Below, one piece after another: positions 8,082 through 16,359 of a stretch of 64,000 nt of DNA (the stretch's first letter is position 1; each line of letters starts with the position of its first letter). Location of the stretch: IMG/VR virus record IMGVR_UViG_2595698395_000001, positions 1-64,000 of that record; one strand, given 5' to 3'. Under the pieces are notes generated by a model, which saw nothing but the letters and a program-made list of their open reading frames with translations, did not search any database and was not told the DNA's origin. The DNA is from a virus (taxonomy: Duplodnaviria; Caudoviricetes). A program made the position numbers and the translations under genes.

Positions 8082-10094
8082 TTATACTATTCTTAATGTT
8101 TTGTCTGGTTTACTTACTACTAATCTGATTAATTGACTATCAGTTTTTGGTGTCTCGGTAACGCTCTCTGCGTTGTCTAAGAAAATAGGTCCTTGTACTT
8201 TGTAGAACTTACATAGTGCATTGATTATTTCGGTACCGCAATGTATTTTTCCTGCGGAATTAAGGATATTAAAATCAACTCCTAGATATGTGGCCTTGCA
8301 AGTTGGTATTTCAGAACCGTTTACCTGAGTTTCAAATAATTTGAATTTAGTTACCTCAAACAATGCGTTTACTTTATCTTCTATTTGAGATACTTTAGCG
8401 ATTGTAAAACTCTGAGCAACAAACTCTTGTTTCTCAATATCTGCTATAAGTTGCGCTAATTTCGATTCCTCTTTAGATAGTTCCTCTACTCTTTTTTCAA
8501 TTTCTGCAATTTGATTTTTCTTTGAAAGTAAATCGTTTACTACTTGCAAATCATTTTGAATAGCTGTTTTTTGAGCTTTCAAATCAGAAATATCTACAGT
8601 TTTAGCTTCTTCTAGTGTAGATTCAAGAGTAGCAATAGTCTTAATGTTTGTTTGGTACTCTTTGTGAGTAGAAAGAATTTTTGCTGCATCCGCTTCTGGA
8701 TTTACAGGATTAACACTTTCTTTTTCACTCTCTTTTTTTAATTCCTCCTTAAGAGATTCTAATTCTTTTTTGGTCTCTGAAATAAGTTTTTCTCCATCTA
8801 AAATTCTCTTTGAAGTTTCGGAAACCCTAGATTCTAAAGTTTCTTTTCTTAACTTATTAGCTTGTCCGTTTGTATTTATGCTTAATAATGTATGGTTTTT
8901 TTCTTCCTTAAAATCAAGAAGCATCTTTTCTTTTTTAGACTCAGCATCAATTGAGTCTAAAGGCCTTTTACAGCTAGGGCAGTTAATGTTTTCTTCGTCG
9001 AATTTAAGAGACTTAGCGTTTTCTATATCAAAATCTTTTCTTAATTTAGAAAGAGTGTTTTCTATTTCAATTATAGAGTTTATGTCTTTTTGTTTTTCGT
9101 AAATATAATCAGAAACTCCTTTTGCATACTTTTCTAAAGTATTCTCCTTTGCTGAAATTTTTGCATTTAATAAAGAGATAGGATCCTCTAGTTGCCCTGC
9201 TAATGAATTAACCTTTTTCTTAACCTCGAACTCAATGTTCTGATTCTTAGTCTTTAAAGCGAATACTTCGTTAGATACTTCGTTTCTTTTTGCGTTGGCA
9301 ATCTCTACAGTTTTGTTTTTGTCCTCTATTTTAGAGTCTATTTCTGAAATTTTTGCTTCCAACTCAACTTTTTTACCTTCTGCTTCTTTAAAATCAATTC
9401 CCTCTGGCTTGCTTTTAATCTGCTCGTCAATCCTAGTTGGAATAGATTCTATAGATTTTTTGTGAAGTAAACGTGTTGCAGCAAGTTCTTTTTTATATTC
9501 GTCCAGGTCTTTACCTACTAATTTGGATAGTAAGGCCTCAAATTCTTTGTTTCCTGCAGCAATTTCTAAATTAGATACATTACCTGCAATTGAAATTAAA
9601 AGTTCTCTCTGCTTCTCCCAGTGAAGTGCGTTAAAAGCTAAAGGATCTGAAATCATCTTGAAAATTAGTTCATCAAGTATGTTGCTTATTTTTTCTTCAT
9701 ACTCCTTTTTTGACTTCGGAACGTTGTTGTAGAAATACTTTGTAACATTTCCCTCAAAAACAGTTTCTAATGCACCCTTCTTTTTGGTCCATTTCTCGGA
9801 TAAAATTCTGGTAAGTGTAATCTCTTCTCCATCTACATCTAAAATAGCCTTAACGCTGTGATCTAATTTTGGAATAGCTACATTATTTTCATCTAATGTT
9901 TTGATTGTAGATTTAGAGTCCGATTCTCCAATCATATTTTTACCAAAAAATAACCAAGAGAATGCGTCTCCAATGGTGGATTTTCCAGTACCATTGTCAC
10001 CAAAAATACTTGTGATGTGGTTGAAGTCGATATTAACTTCTTTTGCTCCTTTAAAGTAACGGAGTTCTAATCGCTTTAATTCAATGTGTTTCAT
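8082..10094 (-). CDS. SbcC/Rad50-like ATPase
   Basis: GDNGTGKST Walker A, long coiled coils, CPSC zinc hook, IFLDNAES Walker B. Confidence 0.9.
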   Translation of the reverse strand: MKHIELKRLELRYFKGAKEVNIDFNHITSIFGDNGTGKSTIGDAFSWLFFGKNMIGESDSKSTIKTLDENNVAIPKLDHSVKAILDVDGEEITLTRILSEKWTKKKGALETVFEGNVTKYFYNNVPKSKKEYEEKISNILDELIFKMISDPLAFNALHWEKQRELLISIAGNVSNLEIAAGNKEFEALLSKLVGKDLDEYKKELAATRLLHKKSIESIPTRIDEQIKSKPEGIDFKEAEGKKVELEAKISEIDSKIEDKNKTVEIANAKRNEVSNEVFALKTKNQNIEFEVKKKVNSLAGQLEDPISLLNAKISAKENTLEKYAKGVSDYIYEKQKDINSIIEIENTLSKLRKDFDIENAKSLKFDEENINCPSCKRPLDSIDAESKKEKMLLDFKEEKNHTLLSINTNGQANKLRKETLESRVSETSKRILDGEKLISETKKELESLKEELKKESEKESVNPVNPEADAAKILSTHKEYQTNIKTIATLESTLEEAKTVDISDLKAQKTAIQNDLQVVNDLLSKKNQIAEIEKRVEELSKEESKLAQLIADIEKQEFVAQSFTIAKVSQIEDKVNALFEVTKFKLFETQVNGSEIPTCKATYLGVDFNILNSAGKIHCGTEIINALCKFYKVQGPIFLDNAESVTETPKTDSQLIRLVVSKPDKTLRIV

Positions 10095-10117
10095 TTTTCC
10101 CGATGTTTAATTATTTT

Positions 10118-10315
10118 TTAATCTACTATTTTGAATTTCCTGGTTTCGTCAATTAGCTTCTGGACGCTTTCTAGTGTAAATAAGTTTGTTTTAAGGTCCA
10201 ATTTATGAACTTCTAATTTAGATTTAAAGTTCTTGTAGAAAGTTGTCCGGCTGCAATTAAGCATTTCACAGGCTTTTTTTGTTGTTACTGCTATTGGTTT
10301 TTCATCTGATTTCAT
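10118..10315 (-). CDS. excisionase-like HTH protein
   Basis: TTKKACEMLNCSRTTFY HTH_17-type motif. Confidence 0.7.
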   Translation of the reverse strand: MKSDEKPIAVTTKKACEMLNCSRTTFYKNFKSKLEVHKLDLKTNLFTLESVQKLIDETRKFKIVD

Positions 10316-10380
10316 AGTTTTGTTATTATTTGTAAAGAAGTGTAAAAATATGTAAAATTATTGGTATTATGAAACTTTAA

Positions 10381-11049
10381 TTAGTTCTTTATTGTGTAAA
10401 TTATGTTTTGTTCTTTTGCTTGTATTACTGGCATTAAAATTAATTCTGAGGGGCCAATCTTAAATAATACAGGGCTAGATGGTTCTAATATTTCTGAAAC
10501 CTCAATTAAGTCAATGTTTAAAGAATCGCATATAGCTTTAAGTTCTAATATTCTGGAGAAACTCAACCTAGTTGATTTGATGTCTATATAAGAATTTTCG
10601 TCAAAAATTTTGCGTCCTGATTTTGTTCTTTTAGATTTAGGAATATTTCCTTCTCCTTCGCAAACAGGGCAATCAAAATCTCTACAGTGTCCTTTAAATT
10701 CCCATTCAACTTCTCCGCTGCCTTCACATTCTTTGCATTCTCCATCTGTATTTGTCTCTATATATTCATCCACAGTAGGTATCATCTTTTCTATGTCTGA
10801 TAAAACACTGTACTTTATATTAAAAGAACTAATGAATTTTTCTTTAAAAAAAGATGGACACTTACGGATAAGAGAATCGTCTTCCTGAACTTTATACCCA
10901 TCGACCATATACTTGGGAACTCTAAGCATTGCACATGCATTTGTTGAATAAATATAAAGACCTATAGCGAATGGTTTATGAAATAAAGGTCTATATAAAT
11001 CTGTTCCAGACACACTTTCAAGCGCTTTTTTGATGTTTTCTGTTTTCAT
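10381..11049 (-). CDS. hypothetical protein with DnaJ-type CxxCxGxG zinc finger
   Basis: CKECEGSG...CPVCEGEG; C-terminal LILMPV reminiscent of clamp-like phage proteins. Confidence 0.7.
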   Translation of the reverse strand: MKTENIKKALESVSGTDLYRPLFHKPFAIGLYIYSTNACAMLRVPKYMVDGYKVQEDDSLIRKCPSFFKEKFISSFNIKYSVLSDIEKMIPTVDEYIETNTDGECKECEGSGEVEWEFKGHCRDFDCPVCEGEGNIPKSKRTKSGRKIFDENSYIDIKSTRLSFSRILELKAICDSLNIDLIEVSEILEPSSPVLFKIGPSELILMPVIQAKEQNIIYTIKN

Positions 11050-11051
11050 AA

Positions 11052-11441
11052 TTAAATTTGATTTAAAAATTTATAAAATGCAGTTAAAAAAGGTTTTACG
11101 TTAGTTGAATCACTCCATCCTGCAAAACCTATAAAGCCTTCGCCTTCTTTATCTTGAGTATTAAATGAAATAGCCTCTCTTCTTTCAAAGTGAACTTGTT
11201 TTCCGTCTATAACACCTTTAACCATAAAGAAGCATTTTTTTAGGGTTCCATCTTCTTTGTACTCAATATCCCTTTCTCTTAATCTACACAAAGTCATAGT
11301 AAAACCGTCGTTTTCAAAAACAGATAACTCTTCTTTTAAAAGCCTCGTTAATACTCCTATTTCTTTACTGCCAATATCCGAGTAGGTTAACCCTTTTTTA
11401 GATACTTCTTCTCTTAGATCACTTCTTTTCATGTTTTCCAT
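11052..11441 (-). CDS. conserved phage hypothetical protein
   Basis: F.RREAISFN...FIGFAGWSD..N..P motif. Confidence 0.7.
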   Translation of the reverse strand: MENMKRSDLREEVSKKGLTYSDIGSKEIGVLTRLLKEELSVFENDGFTMTLCRLRERDIEYKEDGTLKKCFFMVKGVIDGKQVHFERREAISFNTQDKEGEGFIGFAGWSDSTNVKPFLTAFYKFLNQI

Positions 11442-11526
11442 AATACGTTTTTTAGATTAAATTATTAATGAGTTCAAATATATGTAAATATTTGTAAACT
11501 TGTGTATTTTATTATGAAAAATAATT

Positions 11527-11620
11527 GTTGTTCAATGGTTGTTCAAATTTCATTGGACCAATGACGGCAAGTGCCGCCAGTACTGCATTGACTTCTTTGG
11601 CTCCGTGCCCGGAGTTAGAA
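11527..11620. other. candidate att site (paired GTTGTTCAA arm-type repeats plus tRNA-3'-end-like core)
   Basis: GTTGTTCAA at 11527 and 11538; minus strand CTCCGGGCACGGAGCCA; lies between xis-like and integrase operons. Confidence 0.4.
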
Positions 11621-11715
11621 TACGTTTTTTAAAAGAAATACTTGCACAGTATGTTTTTTGGATATATATTTACATATCTTTACAAATATGTACAGAAATT
11701 AAAAACAAATAAATT

Positions 11716-11895
11716 ATGGAATTATTTACAGAAGTAGAATTTAATAAAAACGAATTTGATAAGATAGATGAAGTCAGATTTAAGTTAGGTGAAGATGGAT
11801 GGGAGGAAATTAACAAGACTGAACATAGAGTTATCAAATCAAATAAAGATGTAGTTGTTGGAGCAGTTAAATATAAATGGAGGCGAATAATTTAA
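11716..11895 (+). CDS. hypothetical 59 aa protein, first gene of array (not in ORF track)
   Basis: MELFTEVEFNKNEF...KWRRII*; stop is part of TAAC. Confidence 0.6.
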   Translation: MELFTEVEFNKNEFDKIDEVRFKLGEDGWEEINKTEHRVIKSNKDVVVGAVKYKWRRII

Positions 11896-11934
11896 CCTAC
11901 AAATCAAAAACTAATTTAATTAAATAAATGAATT

Positions 11935-12273
11935 ATGAATAAGCAGAAAGAAAACAAAGAAACAGAAACTAAGCATAAACTAAGTAATGTGTTATCTCGT
12001 TTGCATGATGTTGGTGCTCATTTCAGGCTTGAAGACTATGAAGATGAATTTGTTTTATCAATAATTGATAGAGGCATTTATCCTAGAATTTGGTCGGATA
12101 ATTTTGCAGATAATCAGGTAGTTATTATTGCTGAAACGGATGATAACTTAATTAACAGAAACACCATTCATTCTAAAGATTGGAAGGAAAGGTGGTATGG
12201 CGAAACTTTAGATGAAGTACTTTATGAAGCTTATGAATGGTTATCATCTTTAAATATCGAAAAAACAACATAA
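11935..12273 (+). CDS. hypothetical cassette protein
   Basis: junction NVLSR (GTG TTA) at 11991. Confidence 0.65.
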   Translation: MNKQKENKETETKHKLSNVLSRLHDVGAHFRLEDYEDEFVLSIIDRGIYPRIWSDNFADNQVVIIAETDDNLINRNTIHSKDWKERWYGETLDEVLYEAYEWLSSLNIEKTT

Positions 12274-12286
12274 AAACAAATGAATT

Positions 12287-12628
12287 ATGATAACAGAAAA
12301 TGATATTAAGATAGTAGAAGCTATTAAAAAGGAAATTGACAAAAAGGCAACGACCAATGAAAATACAATAGATTGGGAAGCAGTACAAAAGATTGAAGTA
12401 CTCGATAGATTAGTAAATAATTTACGTATAGCCAATGTTAGCTACTGTGTCGTTTCTGATGAAGATAAAGCCAATAATTACTATACTGCAGAATGTGGTA
12501 AGTGCGATTGGTGGGGAAGCTCTAAGCTATTAGAGGGCGGTGGATCAATAGCTGATACAGGTGATTATTTTGACTGCTCTTGCCCTGTGTGTGGAAATGA
12601 TGATGTAGGTGAAAGGCATTGTAGCTAA
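12287..12628 (+). CDS. cassette protein with zinc ribbon (CxxC...CPVC)
   Basis: junction GTTAGCTAC 12437 complementary to terminal GTAGCTAAC 12621. Confidence 0.7.
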   Translation: MITENDIKIVEAIKKEIDKKATTNENTIDWEAVQKIEVLDRLVNNLRIANVSYCVVSDEDKANNYYTAECGKCDWWGSSKLLEGGGSIADTGDYFDCSCPVCGNDDVGERHCS

Positions 12629-12688
12629 CGGTTTGTGTATGATTTCGGGCGTGAATTAAGCTAAATATTAATAGATAAAAACAAAATT

Positions 12689-12856
12689 ATGAGTAAGTAT
12701 AAACCAGAAATAGACGAAAACAAACCTTTTGATTTTGAAACAAACTTTGTTGTTTGTCAATGTGAGGAATCAGACATATCTGATAGACATTTGGGTGATG
12801 CAGGGTATGATTGGTGCAAAAATTGCAAAAGGCCATTAGCAGTTATTGATTATTAA
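12689..12856 (+). CDS. 55 aa Cys-containing cassette protein (not in ORF track)
   Basis: MSKYKPEIDENKPF...CQC...WCKNCKRPL. Confidence 0.6.
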   Translation: MSKYKPEIDENKPFDFETNFVVCQCEESDISDRHLGDAGYDWCKNCKRPLAVIDY

Positions 12857-12859
12857 TGA

Positions 12860-12983
12860 TAACGCTTGCAGGTATGTTTAGTGCCTGATTAAATAGTATA
12901 AATTTTTAAAATACAGATAACGATGAAAAAAGAACAGAACTTGAATAATGCAGAAACACAGGCATTAAATATACCTGTTGTTA
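12860..12983 (+). repeat. attC-like hairpin enclosing start of 12923 ORF
   Basis: TAAC-gcttg-CAGGTATGTTTAGTGCCTG pairs with CAGGCATTAAATATACCTG-tt-GTTA. Confidence 0.9.
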
Positions 12984-13228
12984 TGTCCCGTTTTGATATT
13001 GAGCGTAAGGATTTGTATGAATATGACAAACCAAAAGAACGCACAAGAAAACGACTTACTGAAATGTCTGAATGTGGTATGGAAGAAACAGGTATTGCTT
13101 CATTTGGTTATAATGGCATAATGAGTGGTTTGTATATCGAAAAAGTGTGGGGATATTCTGATGAAGATTTCAAAGATTATATGGATTGGGCGAAAGGTTT
13201 AATTGCAGCTTCCTTAAATGGGGCATAA
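12923..13228 (+). CDS. hypothetical cassette protein
   Basis: leader QALNIPVV encoded by right arm; stop in TAAC. Confidence 0.7.
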   Translation: MKKEQNLNNAETQALNIPVVMSRFDIERKDLYEYDKPKERTRKRLTEMSECGMEETGIASFGYNGIMSGLYIEKVWGYSDEDFKDYMDWAKGLIAASLNGA

Positions 13229-13433
13229 CGGTGATAGGTATGGTTAGAAAATTTAACGATTAAATAAAACGAAATGAAAACGCCAGAAGAAATATTAAAT
13301 GAAGTTGCTACTGAAAATATGATAAATATACAGCAAATGGTAACAACTAAACAATTAGCAATAATTGCAATGAGAAGATACGCCAAATTATACCACGAAA
13401 GTAAGGTTAAAAATTTGGATATACAACGTGTTA
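13226..13433 (+). repeat. attC-like site (degenerate arms)
   Basis: TAACGGTGATAGGTATGG...TTTAAC / GTTAAAAATTTGGATATACAACGTGTTA. Confidence 0.6.
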
Positions 13434-13561
13434 GCCAACAACGTGAACTGTTAAAGTTTTTTTCTTCTCAATTAAGCGAGAACCTTGATATAGATGTAGG
13501 AATGAATTATATAACAGAAGAAGATATTGAAGAATGCCTAAAAAACTTTAATTGCGGGTAA
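13274..13561 (+). CDS. hypothetical cassette protein
   Basis: junction LDIQRVSQQRELL; stop in TAAC. Confidence 0.7.
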   Translation: MKTPEEILNEVATENMINIQQMVTTKQLAIIAMRRYAKLYHESKVKNLDIQRVSQQRELLKFFSSQLSENLDIDVGMNYITEEDIEECLKNFNCG

Positions 13562-13668
13562 CAATGCTATATAGCTAACTACACAAACTAATTGAATTAA
13601 AACAATAAATTATGATTAAAGAAAACAGTAACCAAGAAAGCAAAAGCAATGAACTTTATATATTGTTA
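13559..13668 (+). repeat. attC-like hairpin
   Basis: TAACAATgctATATA / TATATATTGTTA. Confidence 0.7.
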
Positions 13669-13836
13669 CCTACTGTAGAAAATACGGACAAAGAAGAACT
13701 AAACTTAATTAACAGTCTAAAAGAATATATAGATTGGTATGGTTGCAGAGATAGTAAAATGGATAAAATACTGCCAATAGAACAACAAGAAGGAATTGTA
13801 GTAACAGCAATGACTTTATTAAAAGAACTAACGTAG
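13612..13836 (+). CDS. hypothetical cassette protein
   Basis: junction ELYILLPTV. Confidence 0.65.
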   Translation: MIKENSNQESKSNELYILLPTVENTDKEELNLINSLKEYIDWYGCRDSKMDKILPIEQQEGIVVTAMTLLKELT

Positions 13837-13852
13837 TATTTTATATTGTTGG

Positions 13853-13977
13853 TAACATATTTGGGTATGGAAAGTACGAGTAAATAAACAGTAATTTTTA
13901 GTAAAACACAAAATAAAGTAAATATGAAATTAAATAGAAATAGTAAGATAAGTAAGTATTTTTTATACCCGTTGTTA
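13853..13977 (+). repeat. attC-like hairpin
   Basis: TAACA-tattt-GGGTATGGAAAGTAC / GTATTTTTTATACCC-gt-TGTTA. Confidence 0.85.
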
Positions 13978-14139
13978 TATGTAGTGCTTACAATACCTTT
14001 TGCGCTTTTTGCAATATTGTACTACAGCTCTAAAATAACACGAAGTTTAAGTTATCTATGCGTTTTTAAAATAGAAAGCGCAAAGCAAGAAATCACAGAC
14101 TTTTGGAGCATAGAAACAGCTTTGGGAGATGTATTTTAA
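13924..14139 (+). CDS. small membrane cassette protein
   Basis: hydrophobic segment right after junction YFLYPLLYVV. Confidence 0.65.
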   Translation: MKLNRNSKISKYFLYPLLYVVLTIPFALFAILYYSSKITRSLSYLCVFKIESAKQEITDFWSIETALGDVF

Positions 14140-14148
14140 CATTACATA

Positions 14149-14400
14149 TAACGTTAAAATATATGGCTAGTTGCGGAATTAATAACTTAAAATAACAAGT
14201 AATGACAGAATTAGACAAAAAGATTAAGGATTTAAAAGACTTTATTAAACAGAAAACAGACCAAGGAACTGCAAACTACTTAGGTAAAGAAATACGAGAA
14301 ATTTGCGGAATGGTAGAAACTGAGCAATTAAATAAAGAGAAAAACAAACTTACCTCTAAAAATGAAGCACTTAACCAGCAATTAATTTTATCTGGTGTTA
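14149..14400 (+). repeat. attC-like site with long loop
   Basis: TAACGTTAAAATATATGGCTAGTTGC / GCAATTAATTTTATCTGGTGTTA, partial pairing. Confidence 0.65.
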
Positions 14401-14546
14401 GCGGTAGTAATTTACTACCTGATGGATGGAAGGTTTATGAATGTACTGACTGCCAAGAGATAAATGTAAAAAAAGATAATAGACAAATAACCGTTGGATT
14501 ATGTGATAACTGTGAACATCCATTATGGAATGATGATGTTGATTAG
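14202..14546 (+). CDS. cassette protein: coiled-coil leader plus zinc-ribbon body
   Basis: junction QLILSGVSGS; CTDC...CDNC after the junction. Confidence 0.7.
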   Translation: MTELDKKIKDLKDFIKQKTDQGTANYLGKEIREICGMVETEQLNKEKNKLTSKNEALNQQLILSGVSGSNLLPDGWKVYECTDCQEINVKKDNRQITVGLCDNCEHPLWNDDVD

Positions 14547-14606
14547 TATTACCGCTAACGGTTAGTTGTATGGCTTGTTGCCGAATAATCACAAAACAAA
14601 ATAAAG

Positions 14607-14918
14607 ATGAACATATACGAATTTAGTTATTCTGGAGGCGAAACCGATTGGGTTTTTGCACCAAACATTAAAGAGGCAAAAGATTTCTATTTAAAATTTA
14701 CAGGTTGTGGCGACTTAACATTAACTACGGTTAAAAGAGTGCCTAAAAGTAAATGGAATGAAATGTACTTATTAGACCCAAATTATAGTGAGCCAGATGA
14801 GGACGAAGAAGATTATAATGAAGAAGATTATTCTTGTGGGTTAAAAATTATAGAAACTTTTGCAGAGTATGCAGAAAGAAATACTATTACTGATATGATA
14901 GCAACAACCGAGTATTAA
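14607..14918 (+). CDS. acidic hypothetical cassette protein
   Basis: 103 aa ORF between orphan arm 14556 and TAAC 14922. Confidence 0.7.
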   Translation: MNIYEFSYSGGETDWVFAPNIKEAKDFYLKFTGCGDLTLTTVKRVPKSKWNEMYLLDPNYSEPDEDEEDYNEEDYSCGLKIIETFAEYAERNTITDMIATTEY

Positions 14919-14921
14919 TGG

Positions 14922-15014
14922 TAACGGCTCTGGGCTATGATTTCGTGCCTATATAATGACGGAACATTGAATTAAGCACCAATCTAACAAGGGTATGAAT
15001 TATAGCCCTTGTTG
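14922..15014 (+). repeat. attC-like hairpin (non-coding)
   Basis: TAAC-ggctct-GGGCTATGATTTCGTGCCT / GGGTATGAATTATAGCCC-tt-GTTG. Confidence 0.85.
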
Positions 15015-15028
15015 TAAATAGTAAAATT

Positions 15029-15181
15029 ATGGCAAAGTATAAGATTGAAATTAACCAAACTTGGAGTGAAGAAGTAATTGTAAATGCAAAGAACGCAACC
15101 GAAGCAAAGAAATTAGCTTGGGAAAAGTGGAAAGCTAAAAAAAGTAACTATAATTTATTTGTGGAGAAAGAACCTGAATAA
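15029..15181 (+). CDS. 50 aa self-contained cassette gene (not in ORF track)
   Basis: MAKYKIEINQTWSEEVIVNAKNATEAKKLAW; flanked by GTTGTAAATAGTAAAATT / AATTTTATTGTTTACAAC. Confidence 0.7.
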   Translation: MAKYKIEINQTWSEEVIVNAKNATEAKKLAWEKWKAKKSNYNLFVEKEPE

Positions 15182-15193
15182 TTTTATTGTTTA

Positions 15194-15390
15194 CAACGAA
15201 AATAGATATGAATTGATTTTTAAACGAATAAATAAGATGAAAATAAAAGAAGCAATACAAGTATTAAAAGACCATAATATATGGCGAAAAGGTGAAAATG
15301 AAGAAGTGCAAATGACAGACCCTAAAAAATTAGGAGTTGCCATTGATACAGTAGTAAATAAGTTTGAAAATTTGTTTATATCTGATGTTA
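15194..15390 (+). repeat. attC-like hairpin enclosing start of next gene
   Basis: CAAC-gaaaat-AGATATGAATTGATTTTTAAAC / GTTTGAAAATTTGTTTATATCT-gat-GTTA. Confidence 0.85.
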
Positions 15391-15554
15391 CCCAATGTGA
15401 AGCCACAAAGACAACAAATAAAATCGAAGAAATACAGGTTTCTGTAGATAAAAAACTATTTGTTGAGTTATATAACTTTGCTTATAAAAAAGCAGTAAAA
15501 ACAAATACAGTAGCAGAATTACACGATATTGATAGAAGGCTTCATGGTGGGTAA
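15237..15554 (+). CDS. hypothetical cassette protein (likely start MKIKEA at 15237)
   Basis: EAI..LK.HN.WRKG....PK.LG.AID leader fused at LFISDVTQC. Confidence 0.7.
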   Translation: MKIKEAIQVLKDHNIWRKGENEEVQMTDPKKLGVAIDTVVNKFENLFISDVTQCEATKTTNKIEEIQVSVDKKLFVELYNFAYKKAVKTNTVAELHDIDRRLHGG

Positions 15555-15600
15555 CGCTAAGTATATGAGCCGTTTTTTCTATGGCTTATATACATTGTTA
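15552..15600 (+). repeat. minimal 49-bp attC-like hairpin
   Basis: TAAC-gctaa-GTATATGAGCC gttttttctat GGCTTATATAC-att-GTTA. Confidence 0.9.
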
Positions 15601-15630
15601 CCTGTTGTACGGATTAATTAAAAATGGAAT

Positions 15631-16359
15631 ATGAAAAGAAACGAAATATATTTAGGGGATTGTTTAGAATTAATGCCTAAACACGTAGAAGATAAAAGTA
15701 TTGATATGATTTTTTGCGATTTGCCTTATGGAACTACACAATGCAAATGGGATAGTATTATTGATTTAGATAAGTTGTGGAACGAATACAGAAGAGTAAT
15801 AAAAGATAATGGTGTAATAGTTCTTTTTGCTTCTCAGCCATTTACAAGTATATTGACAAGTAGTAATTTAAAGATGTTTAAATACTCTTACACTTGGGAT
15901 AAGATAACCAAAACAAACCACTTAAATGCTAAAAAGCAACCATTAAGACAAGTTGAAGATATTTGTGTATTCTACAAAAAACAACCGACTTACAAGCCAC
16001 AAGGATTGATTGAATGTGAAGTTTCTAATTTTAGACCAAATCATTTTAAATATAAAAAAGGTGAAAAGGTTTATGGAGAGCAAAAAGAACATGGTAACAA
16101 AAGCACTTATACAAACTATCCAAGTAACCTAATACAATACAGTAACGGGAATCATAATAGTTTGCACCCTACACAAAAGCCTTTAGATTTAATTGAGTAT
16201 ATGATAAAGACGTACACCAACGAAGGAGATTTAATACTTGATAATACTTGCGGAAGTGGAACAACGGGATTAGGAGCAAAAAATCTTGGACGAAACTTTA
16301 TTATGATGGAGCAAGACCCTAAATACTATGATGTAGCTTGCAAAAGAGTACTAACGTAG
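15631..16359 (+). CDS. DNA methyltransferase (N6A/N4C, beta class)
   Basis: GDCLE, DLPY catalytic motif, HPTQKP, DNTCGSGTT SAM-binding motif. Confidence 0.95.
   Translation: MKRNEIYLGDCLELMPKHVEDKSIDMIFCDLPYGTTQCKWDSIIDLDKLWNEYRRVIKDNGVIVLFASQPFTSILTSSNLKMFKYSYTWDKITKTNHLNAKKQPLRQVEDICVFYKKQPTYKPQGLIECEVSNFRPNHFKYKKGEKVYGEQKEHGNKSTYTNYPSNLIQYSNGNHNSLHPTQKPLDLIEYMIKTYTNEGDLILDNTCGSGTTGLGAKNLGRNFIMMEQDPKYYDVACKRVLT

Noticed and set aside
5903-10888. Plus-strand ORFs 5903, 6693, 6945, 7430, 8770, 10403, 10610
   Set aside because: Antisense shadows of well-supported minus-strand genes
11442-11631. 13-bp direct repeat AATACGTTTTTTA at 11442 and 11619
   Set aside because: Short and T-rich; could be an operator or duplication but is not distinguishable from chance here
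14709-14733. Possible right arm (GGCGACTTAACATTAACTACGGTTA) for orphan left arm 14556
   Set aside because: Pairing is weak, and the sequence after GTTA does not complement the cassette end at 14913-14925
15159-15236. Extended N-terminus of ORF 15159..15554
   Set aside because: Overlaps the 15029-15181 gene and the hairpin left arm; ATG at 15237 has a typical A-rich leader
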